Assembly (NCBI GenBank): GCA_003228915.1
Contig: QIGL01000053.1
Location: 291-64,290 of the forward strand
DNA length: 64,000 bases
From: Acidiferrobacteraceae bacterium
GTDB taxonomy: Bacteria > Pseudomonadota > Gammaproteobacteria > Acidiferrobacterales > SZUA-150
Direction: 5' to 3'
Shown: piece after piece, positions 47,955 to 57,721 of the stretch
Layout of the letters: every line of letters starts with the position of its first letter
Position numbering within the stretch: position 1 is the first letter of the stretch
The notes under the pieces: generated by a model
Databases searched by the model: none
Seen by the model: the letters and a program-made list of their open reading frames with translations, nothing else
What the model was told of the DNA's origin: nothing
Translations under genes and position numbers: made by a program

Positions 47955-49946
47955 TTAAATAACCCGCACATCTCCGCCATCGACCGGAACCTGGGCAGCA
48001 GTAGTCTTGGCAAACAAGGGCCCACACATTTCGGCAGCCAGGGCCGCAACATCCCTGCTCGTGATTTCTACTTTCATCACGTTGCGTTGTTTGTATTCAT
48101 CTATGGTCATCCCGTAGGATTTTGCGCGGGCAGCGATCACTTCTGGTGTCCAGATACCGGTATCAAATACCGCGTCAGGATGCAGGCTGTTAATACGAAT
48201 ACCATCCACGCCCCACTCCAGGGCAGCGATACGCATGACCTGGTTCAACGCCGCCTTGGATGCAGAATAAGCACTGGCCCCGGGGCCAGGTGCGGCTACA
48301 TTTTTTGAACCAATGATCACGACCCGGCCCTTGTTTGGCGCCAGCTTGAGCAAGGGATAGGCAAGATGCATGAGTTGTAAACCCGACGTCAGGTTTACTT
48401 CCAGTACTTTACGCCATTCAGACATATCCATTTCAGCGATGTTTGCTCCGCCCGGGAAAATGCCAGCATTTAATATGAGCATGTCGAGCCCACCATAGGC
48501 CAGGGTAACTTTCTCCAGCACGCCTGCCAGTTTCTTTTCATCGGTGACGTCACAAACAAAACCACGGTAATCAACCCGGTCATGCAGGGTAACCACATCC
48601 GCATTTAAATCTATACCTACAACAGCAGCGCCTTTGGCCAACAAGGCTTCGACACAAGCCTTGCCAATTCCGGAAGCAGCGCCGGTCACAAGGGCAACCT
48701 CGCCGGTAAAGACAGGTGGCTTGCCGCCTTTACGTAACTTGGTTTGCTCCAGATCCCAATACTCGACTGCAAAAATATCTTGCGACGGTAAGGCCTGGAA
48801 AGATTCCAGTTTTGTAGATCGCTGGATGATATCCATGGTGTGAAGATACAATTCATTATTGATCATGGCATCTTTGGCGCTCCCGCCTGCCGTACACAAA
48901 CCAAACTCCGAATCCAGGATAATTCTGGGTGCCGGGTCGAGCATGGTCATGGGTGCTTTGGAGTTTTTTGAATGTTGCTTGAAATATTTTTTATAGGCCG
49001 AAACATATTTATCAATGTCCCGGCCTAACATGGGTAATTGTTTGGTGCGAATCACATGGTCCGGGGTAGCCGGACCCTGCTGTGTGATGACTGAACAATC
49101 TTTGCGATTAGCAAACGCCAGAGTATTTTCATCTTGTTGGGTCTTGAGAATCATTGGTTTACCAGCAACCTGTGACACATCGGCGCGAAGTTTGGCCAGC
49201 CCGATCACTGCAGAACCATGATCCGCACCTGTGCCAGGTTGAATTTTAGTTTTGCTAACTCCCAACTGCCAGGCATTTTTGTCTTGCAAAAAATCTTCCG
49301 CCCAGGTCACAAGCTTGATCATTCTTTCGTAGGATTCTTTCGCTGAATCGGCGAATGAAAACAGGCCGTGGTTCATTAACACCATGCCCGTTGTTCTATG
49401 ATTTCCCTGTTTCCTGAATTCTTCAGCGCAGACACGGGCCAGGTCAAAACCCGGCATCACGTAAGGAATGATCACCAGCTCATCACCAAATATTCCCTTG
49501 ATATGTTTTAGCCCACTGGGTGTATTGGTAATGGTAACAATAGTATCGGCATGGGTATGATCGACAAACTTGTATGGCAGTATTGCATGCAGGATAGTTT
49601 CGATAGAGGGCGCCGGTGCCGAGGCATCAGTCATGTGGGTCTTGAGTTCGTTCACCATCTGGGGATCAGACAAGGCCGGCAACCCGGCCAGCTTGACGAG
49701 ATGATCCAGGCGAACCGGTGCAAAACCTGCCCGCTCTATGGTCTCAAGGTCCCAGCCACTGCCTTTTATATATAAAATCTCTTCCGCTTCACCAAGAATA
49801 TTTTCTTGTGTGATTTTGACCGAGGTATTGCCTCCACCATGCAATACCAGCGATTTATCCAGCCCCAGTAACTGCGAGCTATATACTCGCAAGTCCAGAT
49901 CATCATTACATTTTTCTGCGTCTACATCATCCCAAAGGCTTTTCAT
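47955..49946 (-). CDS. Bifunctional class II aldolase / short-chain dehydrogenase (rhamnulose-1-phosphate aldolase/alcohol dehydrogenase-like)
   Basis: N-terminal LHGGGNTS aldolase-type region. C-terminal SDR with VTGAASGIGKA and YSASKAA. Confidence 0.85.
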   Translation of the reverse strand: MKSLWDDVDAEKCNDDLDLRVYSSQLLGLDKSLVLHGGGNTSVKITQENILGEAEEILYIKGSGWDLETIERAGFAPVRLDHLVKLAGLPALSDPQMVNELKTHMTDASAPAPSIETILHAILPYKFVDHTHADTIVTITNTPSGLKHIKGIFGDELVIIPYVMPGFDLARVCAEEFRKQGNHRTTGMVLMNHGLFSFADSAKESYERMIKLVTWAEDFLQDKNAWQLGVSKTKIQPGTGADHGSAVIGLAKLRADVSQVAGKPMILKTQQDENTLAFANRKDCSVITQQGPATPDHVIRTKQLPMLGRDIDKYVSAYKKYFKQHSKNSKAPMTMLDPAPRIILDSEFGLCTAGGSAKDAMINNELYLHTMDIIQRSTKLESFQALPSQDIFAVEYWDLEQTKLRKGGKPPVFTGEVALVTGAASGIGKACVEALLAKGAAVVGIDLNADVVTLHDRVDYRGFVCDVTDEKKLAGVLEKVTLAYGGLDMLILNAGIFPGGANIAEMDMSEWRKVLEVNLTSGLQLMHLAYPLLKLAPNKGRVVIIGSKNVAAPGPGASAYSASKAALNQVMRIAALEWGVDGIRINSLHPDAVFDTGIWTPEVIAARAKSYGMTIDEYKQRNVMKVEITSRDVAALAAEMCGPLFAKTTAAQVPVDGGDVRVI

Positions 49947-50057
49947 AACTTAATTCTCGTGACTGTTATTCTGTTTAATGAAAAGAGCAAGTATAACAAG
50001 ACTGGGCAAAAATATGGTACGGGTATTAACGCCCATGTAATTTTTAGTAGTAAATAC

Positions 50058-51241
50058 CTAGAATTTCACCCGTTGCCCCGTGCGTAATTCTTTCAGTGAG
50101 TAGTGGGTGCCTCGCCAGTTAATGCCACCATTTTTCAGGCACCGATACCCTGACCACAGAAACATAAAACTGATCATGACTAATCCGGGTGAAAATAATA
50201 ATAAATATAAGGACTCCGAGCGCCTGCTTTTAAATGAAGCGATAGATGTAACAATAACGATTCCAATAGCGACCCCGCCCAATATGGTCATCGTCCACGA
50301 GGGAGTTAATATGCCTGCAACAATTGCGACTATGGGGGCGGCTGCGAGTAGCCATAAGACAGGTACCATGATTATCAACCTTACCGGACTATAGTGGGCA
50401 CCAGAACCGAATAAGTTTTTCTCAAGCCCTTTAAACATTTCTCTTACGGAACCATACCAGGGTACAGACAAATCGCGCCCAGCTAGTGCAAAATGTGAGC
50501 GCCCGCCTGCATTATTAATCATTAACCCCAAACCATAATCATCGGCAGGCTCAAGCCGAAGCCACTCAAAGCCTGGTGTTTTATTATAAATACTTTTACT
50601 CACCAGGTTAAAAGCACCAATACCGATAGGTGTTTTACTATTTTTTCGGTTCACAAGTACCGCGCGGGTAGAAATTAAAAACAGGAATCCAAAAGTCGTG
50701 ATACATACATTCAACCAGAATTTTTTAACAAAAACCCTTGGTAATAATGCCAGGTGATCTGCTTTTTCTTTTTTAACTATATAAATTGCACGCTTGAGCA
50801 AACCCTGGCCAAAATGAACATCGGCATCGGTAAATAACAACCAGTCCCCTTTAGATTTCTCGACCCCCTGGTGCAGCGCATTTACCTTGCCTAACCAACC
50901 GTCGGGCAACTCTTTTATATGCAATACCTGTAATCGTGGCTCGTTTTCGCCAATCGTTCAAGTATGCCACCAGTCTCGTCAGTTGAACGGTCATTAATGG
51001 CAATAATTTCCAGGTTGGGGTAATCCTGATCTAACAAGGATAGTATTGCACTCTCAATATGCTCTGCCTCGTTGCAGGCGGGCACAATTACACTCAGAGA
51101 TGGCCAGTTATATTGACTGTTAGCCTGGTTTTCCGATTTTTTATGAAACTGAGGTGTATTTTTTAATGTCCAGGAAAACCCAAGAAATACTAGTATCCAG
51201 ATGCTACAAAAAACAATGGTATATATAAGTATAAGGCTCAT
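50058..51241 (-). pseudogene. Membrane-bound family 2 glycosyltransferase split by a -1 frameshift
   Basis: The N-part (LSVIVPACNE, INDRSTDETGGILERLAK) and the C-part (ENEPRLQVLHIKELPDGWLGK, FTDADV, C-terminal TM helices) are in different frames. They join cleanly if the A4 run (T4 at 50944-50947 on the plus strand) were A5. Confidence 0.7.
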
Positions 51242-51418
51242 AAAATATATTTATTAACATCCAGTCATCATTAATAAAGAATCAGGTTACTTTAAGTATG
51301 ATCTGCAGACAAATTAAAGTTGATATATTGATAAGAAGTAAAGATTAATAATCCATGATTGGATATATTAACTGACAGTTTAAACGCCAAAGAAACCAGT
51401 AATATGGAGGTAACAATA

Positions 51419-52204
51419 ATGCCTGCAAAAATTTTTAATTATTTCATCTTTTTTATTTTAAGTTTTTTTGTCTTGGACGCCCAGGCCTCTGATGTCGGCA
51501 AAGAAAAACGTTGGGCCGAAGAAACGGTCGACAGTATCATGACCGGTGATGCCGTCTGGCTAAAAGCCAATGGCCAGAAATTCCTTGGTATTTATACTGA
51601 ACCGACTACCGATATAAAGCTGGGTGGAGTAATAATTTTACACGGCCTGGGCGTTCACCCTAACTGGGCCGACGTAGTACAACCATTACGAACCCGTTTA
51701 CCTGATAGCGGCTGGTTTACCCTGTCCTTGCAAATGCCGATACTGGATAACAAGGCAGACTACATGGATTATAGGCCATTATTTCCCGAGATCGCACCAC
51801 GCATCAATGCCGGTTTGAACTTTCTTAAAAACAAGGGCGTTAAAAACATCGCCATCATCGGCCACAGTATGGGCGCCACCATGGCTGGTTACTATGTAGC
51901 AAATAATAAACGTCCTGAAGTTCGTTCCCTGGTTGCCATTGGTGCAACTGGAAATATGTTCAAGGATCCGAAGCTGGATTATATTCAGTCGCTTAAAAAA
52001 ATTAGCATACCGGTCCTGGATTTGTCAGGTAGCGAAGATTTGCCAGGTGTTGTTCAGACGAAAAAACTCAAGGCCAAAACAGCGAGACAAGCAGGCAATA
52101 AAAACTATACCCAGGTTGAAATAAAAGGGGCCAACCATTTTCTCGTGGGCAAGGAAGACGAGTTGGTTATGGAAGTAGAAAAATGGCTCAGGAAATATAA
52201 TTAG
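51419..52204 (+). CDS. Secreted alpha/beta hydrolase (DUF3530-like)
   Basis: Signal peptide, ILHGLGVHPNW, and nucleophile elbow GHSMGA. GGAGG lies 8 nt upstream of the ATG at 51419. Confidence 0.6.
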   Translation: MPAKIFNYFIFFILSFFVLDAQASDVGKEKRWAEETVDSIMTGDAVWLKANGQKFLGIYTEPTTDIKLGGVIILHGLGVHPNWADVVQPLRTRLPDSGWFTLSLQMPILDNKADYMDYRPLFPEIAPRINAGLNFLKNKGVKNIAIIGHSMGATMAGYYVANNKRPEVRSLVAIGATGNMFKDPKLDYIQSLKKISIPVLDLSGSEDLPGVVQTKKLKAKTARQAGNKNYTQVEIKGANHFLVGKEDELVMEVEKWLRKYN

Positions 52205-52206
52205 GC

Positions 52207-54039
52207 CTAGAACGGAAAAAACCGGGGCAACAATATTGTGTATAAAACAAGCATAATCACCGCCAGGGGAATGCCCGCCCTGACAAAATCAGAAAACCGG
52301 TAACCCCCGGCACTCATCACCATCAGGTTCGTTTGATAGGCCATGGGCGTGGCATAACAAAAGTTGGCACCGAAAAGTATCGCCAACACAAAAGGTTCTG
52401 CTGATAAACCAAGATTATTCGCAATACTGACTGCAATCGGCGTACCAATTGCCGCTGCGGCATTATTGGAAACAAAGTTTGTGAACAATGCCATAAGTAA
52501 CATGAGTAACCCAAGGATCATCTCAGGTGATAAAGACTGGGAAAGAACAATAAACCACTGGGCAATATAATCTGTACCCCCTGTACGGGTCAGCGCAGAG
52601 CCCAGGGCCAGGCTGGAAGCAACCAGCATAATTACTTTTGTACTCATAGAGCTGCCAACGTCAGACCAGTTCAAACAGCGCGACAACAACATCGCCAATA
52701 CACCTAACAGGGCACTGACAGAAATAGGCAGGATATTGAAAACTGCCAGTACCACCGCCGCGCCCATGATAATCAGGGCCAGTGGTGCCCGTATAGTGGT
52801 TGGTAAATCTATTGTCTGGTCAAGCACCAGCATGCGGGGATCGGCACGAAGCGTAGCAATATTTTCTTTGGTGCCCTGCACCAGTAAAACATCACCCACC
52901 CGCAATACCATTTTGCTAATATCGCCTTTTTTAACCGCGCCATTGTGGCCACGGTTATGCAACGCAAGAATCAGGACATCAAATATTTCACTAAAATGGG
53001 TATTCTTGAGTGACCGTTTATGTAGCAACGAACCCTCTGTTACCACAATCTCGGCGAGCTGTTCATTCGGAGCGGTTAACGGACTTTCTTCCGTGACAAG
53101 CTCTTCTTCACCACCGACATTGTGCAAAGTTGCTTCAAGCAATTTTTCATATTCCTTAAGATTCTCTGGTGTGTCGGACAAGAAAATACGATCACCGGCG
53201 CCCAGGGTAAGCGTGGGCAGTCGCGCCAATGTTAAATTCTCGCCCCTGACAATACGGTCTATTTTTATTCGATTTTCTGTTCGCTCCCGCACCTCCATAA
53301 TTTTTTTACCATTGGCAAAACTGTCTTCATTTATATGAAGAATGGCACTAAAAAGCCGGGGCGTGGCATTGGCCATTGGCGATTCCCGGTCGGGTAATAT
53401 TCGTGGCATGATCAACCATATATATAGTATGCCGCCAATCGCCGCCGTTGCTGCCAGGGGCGTAAAATCAAATATACCAAACTGCCTGACGCCCAGGTCA
53501 GCGGCAATTGCAACGACGAGTAAATTTGTCGAGGTGCCAATAGATGTCGACATACCACCCAGTAGTACCGCGTAGTTCATGGATAAAAGTGATTTTGTTG
53601 GCGAGGTACCGGTACGCAGGGCGATGCTCATAAGAATCGGCATCATCAAAACAACAATAGGTGTATCGTTGACCAGGCCGCTGGCAGCGGCACTAAATAT
53701 TAATAACAGCAACATGGCACCTTTTGGAAAAGAACTCCATGTCCGTGAAAATAATCTTGCCACTGGCTCAAGGGCACCGGTGGTAACCAGTCCCCGGCCC
53801 AGGATCATTAACGCAGAAATTGTAATTAATGCTTCATGACCAAAACCCAGAAAAAAATCACTGACTTTAAGCACTTCGCCCGCCCGCTCATAGGGGAAAA
53901 TTTGGAAGCCCAGGGTTAAGGCCGAAAGTATTATCAGGCTTGTTGTTTCAATGGGAAAACGATCGCGGGAGAAAAGAAAAAAAGCGATAAACGTCAATAC
54001 AATGACGGCAATTGCGTGGGGTTCTGGTGTTACTGGCAT
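52207..54039 (-). CDS. SLC13/DASS-family permease with two central TrkA-C (RCK_C) domains
   Basis: Multi-TM halves flank two soluble repeats (GDRIFLSDTPENL and GDVLLVQGTKENI). Confidence 0.8.
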   Translation of the reverse strand: MPVTPEPHAIAVIVLTFIAFFLFSRDRFPIETTSLIILSALTLGFQIFPYERAGEVLKVSDFFLGFGHEALITISALMILGRGLVTTGALEPVARLFSRTWSSFPKGAMLLLLIFSAAASGLVNDTPIVVLMMPILMSIALRTGTSPTKSLLSMNYAVLLGGMSTSIGTSTNLLVVAIAADLGVRQFGIFDFTPLAATAAIGGILYIWLIMPRILPDRESPMANATPRLFSAILHINEDSFANGKKIMEVRERTENRIKIDRIVRGENLTLARLPTLTLGAGDRIFLSDTPENLKEYEKLLEATLHNVGGEEELVTEESPLTAPNEQLAEIVVTEGSLLHKRSLKNTHFSEIFDVLILALHNRGHNGAVKKGDISKMVLRVGDVLLVQGTKENIATLRADPRMLVLDQTIDLPTTIRAPLALIIMGAAVVLAVFNILPISVSALLGVLAMLLSRCLNWSDVGSSMSTKVIMLVASSLALGSALTRTGGTDYIAQWFIVLSQSLSPEMILGLLMLLMALFTNFVSNNAAAAIGTPIAVSIANNLGLSAEPFVLAILFGANFCYATPMAYQTNLMVMSAGGYRFSDFVRAGIPLAVIMLVLYTILLPRFFPF

Positions 54040-54190
54040 AAGGTCAAGGCTAAACCACTTTACAGGTGACGTATAGTGTAAACATTTGTCAGTTAAAAAT
54101 ATAAGGCTCCACCACTGTCTTTTGTATCAACAAATCCGGCACGAGTTATGCAGCCTTCTTTGGTAAGCCACTATTTCTGGAGTAACTATT

Positions 54191-54865
54191 ATGCGTAAAT
54201 TTGCCTTTGCAGACGAAACCGGCTGTACGCCGGATAACGTCCAGCTAAAACCTGGTAAATACCTCACTGATTCGGGCTCGAAGGAAGACCTGATGGTCAA
54301 AACAATACATTCAGCAGGCGGCAGTCCTGAGCTTGCTGCCCTGGTAAGCGCCGAGGAACCAACCAAACACCACTTAAAGCTTTTTTCTATCGAGCAATGG
54401 GCGGTGGACCCAAATGTCAAAAATGGCAAAGTTTACTTAGTGGTCAAGGAAGTTGAGGCGCCAATGGTAAGAATGGAACAAAGAATCATGTTTGCCATTG
54501 CGACTATCAGCAATATGGTTAAAGACAAGGCCTTTAAACGCTGGGCGAACAGCTGGATGCATAGTAAAGATCGCAGTGCTGATTCAGCTCTCGAGATTGC
54601 CAATGCCGCACAGGAAGAACTGGACGGTATCGAAAACCTGGTGACGATGGGCATCTCAACGGGTGGAACCCATGAAGAAATGAAAAAACAAAAGGAGACA
54701 CTTAGCAGGATTACAGCACTTGCTAACGCGGCTGTATTAGCGACCGACGCCGGCAGGTCTGATGATGATGTCTGCCAGCTGCTGTCAGTGGCAACAGACA
54801 ATATCCAGAAGATATTTAAGGGTGAAAACCTGATAAAACTGGCAGAAAAAATCTGCGCAAACTAA
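54191..54865 (+). CDS. Hypothetical protein
   Basis: 224-aa ORF followed by a clear terminator. No motif recognised. Confidence 0.45.
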   Translation: MRKFAFADETGCTPDNVQLKPGKYLTDSGSKEDLMVKTIHSAGGSPELAALVSAEEPTKHHLKLFSIEQWAVDPNVKNGKVYLVVKEVEAPMVRMEQRIMFAIATISNMVKDKAFKRWANSWMHSKDRSADSALEIANAAQEELDGIENLVTMGISTGGTHEEMKKQKETLSRITALANAAVLATDAGRSDDDVCQLLSVATDNIQKIFKGENLIKLAEKICAN

Positions 54866-54888
54866 CAACCAGGCAGTATAGAGGGAGA

Positions 54889-54915
54889 ACGGCAGGGTTT
54901 TCCTGTCGTTTTTTT
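54889..54915 (+). terminator. Rho-independent terminator
   Basis: ACGGCAGG-GTTTT-CCTGTCGT stem (one G:U) followed by a T-run. Confidence 0.8.
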
Positions 54916-54984
54916 ATGCCGAAATGAAAGTTTGTAATTATGTCTTCGTTAATTATACTGATGATAAAATAATGGGGCTTCATC

Positions 54985-55671
54985 ATGGCACGTAATTACT
55001 TCACCCAGGCAAGTTTCAGGTTTCTGAAAAAACTGGAAAATAACAATGACCGTGACTGGTTCGCAGAAAACAAACAGGACTATGAAAACCTGGTCCGCTC
55101 TCCAGCCCTGGATTTTATTACAGACATGATTGACGGGATAGCGTCTATCTCGCCCCACTTTGTCGCGATACCAAAAAAAATGGGTGGCTCGTTAATGCGC
55201 GTCCATCGCGATGTTCGTTTTGGCAAAGACAAAAGACCCTATAAAACAAACGTGGGCATCCAGTTTCGCCACGAACTGGGAAAAGACGTGCATGCCCCTG
55301 GTTTTTACCTGCATATTGAACCGGGCAATAATTTTGTCGGGGCAGGTATCTGGCACCCTGATTCCCAAACACTGGCGACTATCCGAACTGCAATTGTCGA
55401 TAGAAGCAAAACCTGGATAAAAGCCAGCCAGGATAAAAAGTTTACAAGTAAATTTAAATTGGCAGGTGACTCTCTCAAGACATACCCCCGGGGACACGAC
55501 AAACAACACCCGTTAATTAACGATCTAAAACGCAAGGATTTTATTGCCATTACCAGTCTCGATAATAAACAAATAATATCGAATCGGCTATTAAGCAATG
55601 TCACCAAATCTTTTGAGACTGCAATTCCATTAATGAAATTTTTATGTAAAGCCCTCGAGCTTCGATTTTAG
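54985..55671 (+). CDS. TIGR02453 / DUF2461 family protein
   Basis: FLKKLENNNDRDWF and RVHRDVRFGKDKRPYKT, typical of this family. Confidence 0.7.
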   Translation: MARNYFTQASFRFLKKLENNNDRDWFAENKQDYENLVRSPALDFITDMIDGIASISPHFVAIPKKMGGSLMRVHRDVRFGKDKRPYKTNVGIQFRHELGKDVHAPGFYLHIEPGNNFVGAGIWHPDSQTLATIRTAIVDRSKTWIKASQDKKFTSKFKLAGDSLKTYPRGHDKQHPLINDLKRKDFIAITSLDNKQIISNRLLSNVTKSFETAIPLMKFLCKALELRF

Positions 55672-55790
55672 TCCTGAAGTTTTGTTTATTTATGACTAGT
55701 TTTTCCTTTACACTTTCCCGTATTTGATTTAGGGTAAGGTACTCACAGTTATTCTATAACGAAAAACTCGAATACCCTGGAGTTATATAT

Positions 55791-56543
55791 ATGGTTCGTC
55801 AAACTTGTTTATTACCCCTGTTTTTCTTGTTGCTAAGTGCCTGTACCGATAAACCTGGCACTACTCATGCACCCACGTATACGGCACCAAGTTATGACAA
55901 CGCCGCTCAATCTCTGAAAGAAAAAACCAAGGCCGACATAGCTAAAATGACGCCAGAAGCGCTGGCGACCATGGCCCATGCAGCGGATGAACTGGAAAAA
56001 CGTTTGCCTGAACCTGGCCTGAAAATTGGTGATAAAGCACCGGATTTTAACCTGCCCGATGCCTTTGGCAGAAAGGTTAAATTATACGACCTATTGGAAC
56101 AGGGGCCCGTGGTACTGGTTTTTTATCGTGGCGCCTGGTGCCCTTTTTGTAATTTACATTTGCACACACTGAACAAGAGCTTGTCCGAAATTGAAAGACT
56201 GGATGGACAACTGGTTACCGTCACGCCGCAAAAACCGGATATGTCCGCGGCCCAAATAAAAAAATCAAATTACTCATTCCGGGTATTGAGCGATCTGGAT
56301 AACAGCACCATGAAGGCCTACCGGTTATTTTATAAAATGGATGCCGATCTGATAAAACTATACAAAAAACTGGGCCTGGACGTAGCGATCTTTAATGGGC
56401 CTGGACGCTACGTGTTACCGGTCCCCGGAAGTTTTGTCATAAACCAGGAAGGGATTATTGTCGCCCGCCATGCATCAACAGATTATACCCAACGCATGGA
56501 GCCGGCTGACATCATCAAGGCCCTGAAAGATATAAAGAGTTAA
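55791..56543 (+). CDS. Peroxiredoxin-like (AhpC/TSA thioredoxin-fold) lipoprotein
   Basis: Lipobox LSAC, then VLVFYRGAWCPFCNLHL. Confidence 0.75.
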   Translation: MVRQTCLLPLFFLLLSACTDKPGTTHAPTYTAPSYDNAAQSLKEKTKADIAKMTPEALATMAHAADELEKRLPEPGLKIGDKAPDFNLPDAFGRKVKLYDLLEQGPVVLVFYRGAWCPFCNLHLHTLNKSLSEIERLDGQLVTVTPQKPDMSAAQIKKSNYSFRVLSDLDNSTMKAYRLFYKMDADLIKLYKKLGLDVAIFNGPGRYVLPVPGSFVINQEGIIVARHASTDYTQRMEPADIIKALKDIKS

Positions 56544-56765
56544 CAATAAACAATGGTCACCAGATAACAATAACAACCTGGTGTCTAACGGTGGCAAGCT
56601 GGTGGGTATAGTCGATATGGGTGATGTCCATAAAGCCGTATTCCAGAAAAGCCTCGCTAATCTCCAGCCCATTGAAGAGGTAGCAACCAGGGAAATTCAA
56701 TCTCTGGCAGCAGGTTAGGTATCGAAAGAGTTGGCTCCCTTAGCGCCTGGAATTAGTATTTAACG

Positions 56766-56804
56766 AAAAAAAACGGCCCTGGCAAATCCACGGGCCGTTT
56801 TTTC
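56766..56804. terminator. Bidirectional rho-independent terminator
   Basis: ACGGCCC (56773-56779) and GGGCCGT (56792-56798) form a perfect stem flanked by an A-run and a T-run, between convergent genes. Confidence 0.8.
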
Positions 56805-56843
56805 ATACAGGTGCTGCCTAAAATACCAGCATTCCTGGCAATT

Positions 56844-57227
56844 TTACTTACCTACCATTTTCCTGATTTTGGCAAGCTGCTCCTTCTCCCATTTCTGCCC
56901 TGCGGCCCAGAGTATTTTGGCTTTTTTCTCGGCCATGGTCCTGAGGGCTTTTTCCTGTTTTAGGGCCTGATTCAGCTGATCCTTGAGTACGGCGACCTCG
57001 GTCTTGGCAACACTTTTGGCCAGTTTAATTTCTACTCGCGCGCCTTTTTGTACTGCCTGTAATGCTTTTTTGGTCGCTGCCAGGTCTTGCTTGAGCTTGG
57101 TTACCAGGGCACTGCGATTATCTGCGGCTTTCTTTTTCCGGCCTGCGGCGGCTGATTTTTTGCTAGTGGTCTTTTTTTTGCCAGTAACCTTCTTTTTAAC
57201 GCTTGTTTTCTTTTTAGCAGTTGCCAA
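56844..57227 (-). CDS. Lys/Ala-rich histone H1-like protein with a coiled-coil C-terminus
   Basis: ATAKKKTSVKKKVTGKKKTTSKKSAAAGRKKKAA N-terminus. GGAGG lies 5 nt upstream of the TTG at 57227. Confidence 0.55.
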   Translation of the reverse strand: MATAKKKTSVKKKVTGKKKTTSKKSAAAGRKKKAADNRSALVTKLKQDLAATKKALQAVQKGARVEIKLAKSVAKTEVAVLKDQLNQALKQEKALRTMAEKKAKILWAAGQKWEKEQLAKIRKMVGK

Positions 57228-57379
57228 TGGAGCCTCCTTGGTTGCTGATTCGTATTGAAGCAAGCAAATATACTACCACAGTATTCGAAAATGTGCCTTT
57301 AACTATAAATACTGAAACATAAAAGCTTTTTAACGCAGGCGGGCATTTATACCAGAACAAGTCTTCTAAAATATGCCTT

Positions 57380-57688
57380 TTAGCAGGTCAGGTATTTCCG
57401 GATTGAACCAAGATCATGGACATTATTGAACCCCAGGAGATTTAAGGTACATCGCGCTTGTGCGCTTCTGTTGCCGCTGACACAACAAACAATAATCGGT
57501 CGTTTCTTATCCAGGTATACATGATTCTCATGTATTTTCTGCAAGGGCAGGTTTACTGCACCGGGAATCGAACCCCGTTGAAATTCATCATGACTACGAA
57601 CATCCAGCAGCAGACCACCTTTATTCTTGATCATGTGTCGTGCCTCGGGACACTGTATTTGTTTTGGTTGTTTGGTTATTCCAGACAT
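57380..57688 (-). CDS. Single-domain rhodanese (GlpE/PspE-like sulfurtransferase)
   Basis: LLDVRSHDEF and active-site loop CCVSGNRSAQA. Confidence 0.8.
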   Translation of the reverse strand: MSGITKQPKQIQCPEARHMIKNKGGLLLDVRSHDEFQRGSIPGAVNLPLQKIHENHVYLDKKRPIIVCCVSGNRSAQARCTLNLLGFNNVHDLGSIRKYLTC

Positions 57689-57721
57689 TATTTGTTACTC
57701 CCTGTAAGTTGTTGTATATAA

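Noticed and set aside
52736-53839. Plus-strand ORFs of 200, 77 and 86 aa
   Set aside because: They are antisense to the SLC13/TrkA-C permease gene, which has clear domain structure. The antisense products are low-complexity and Ser/Arg-rich.
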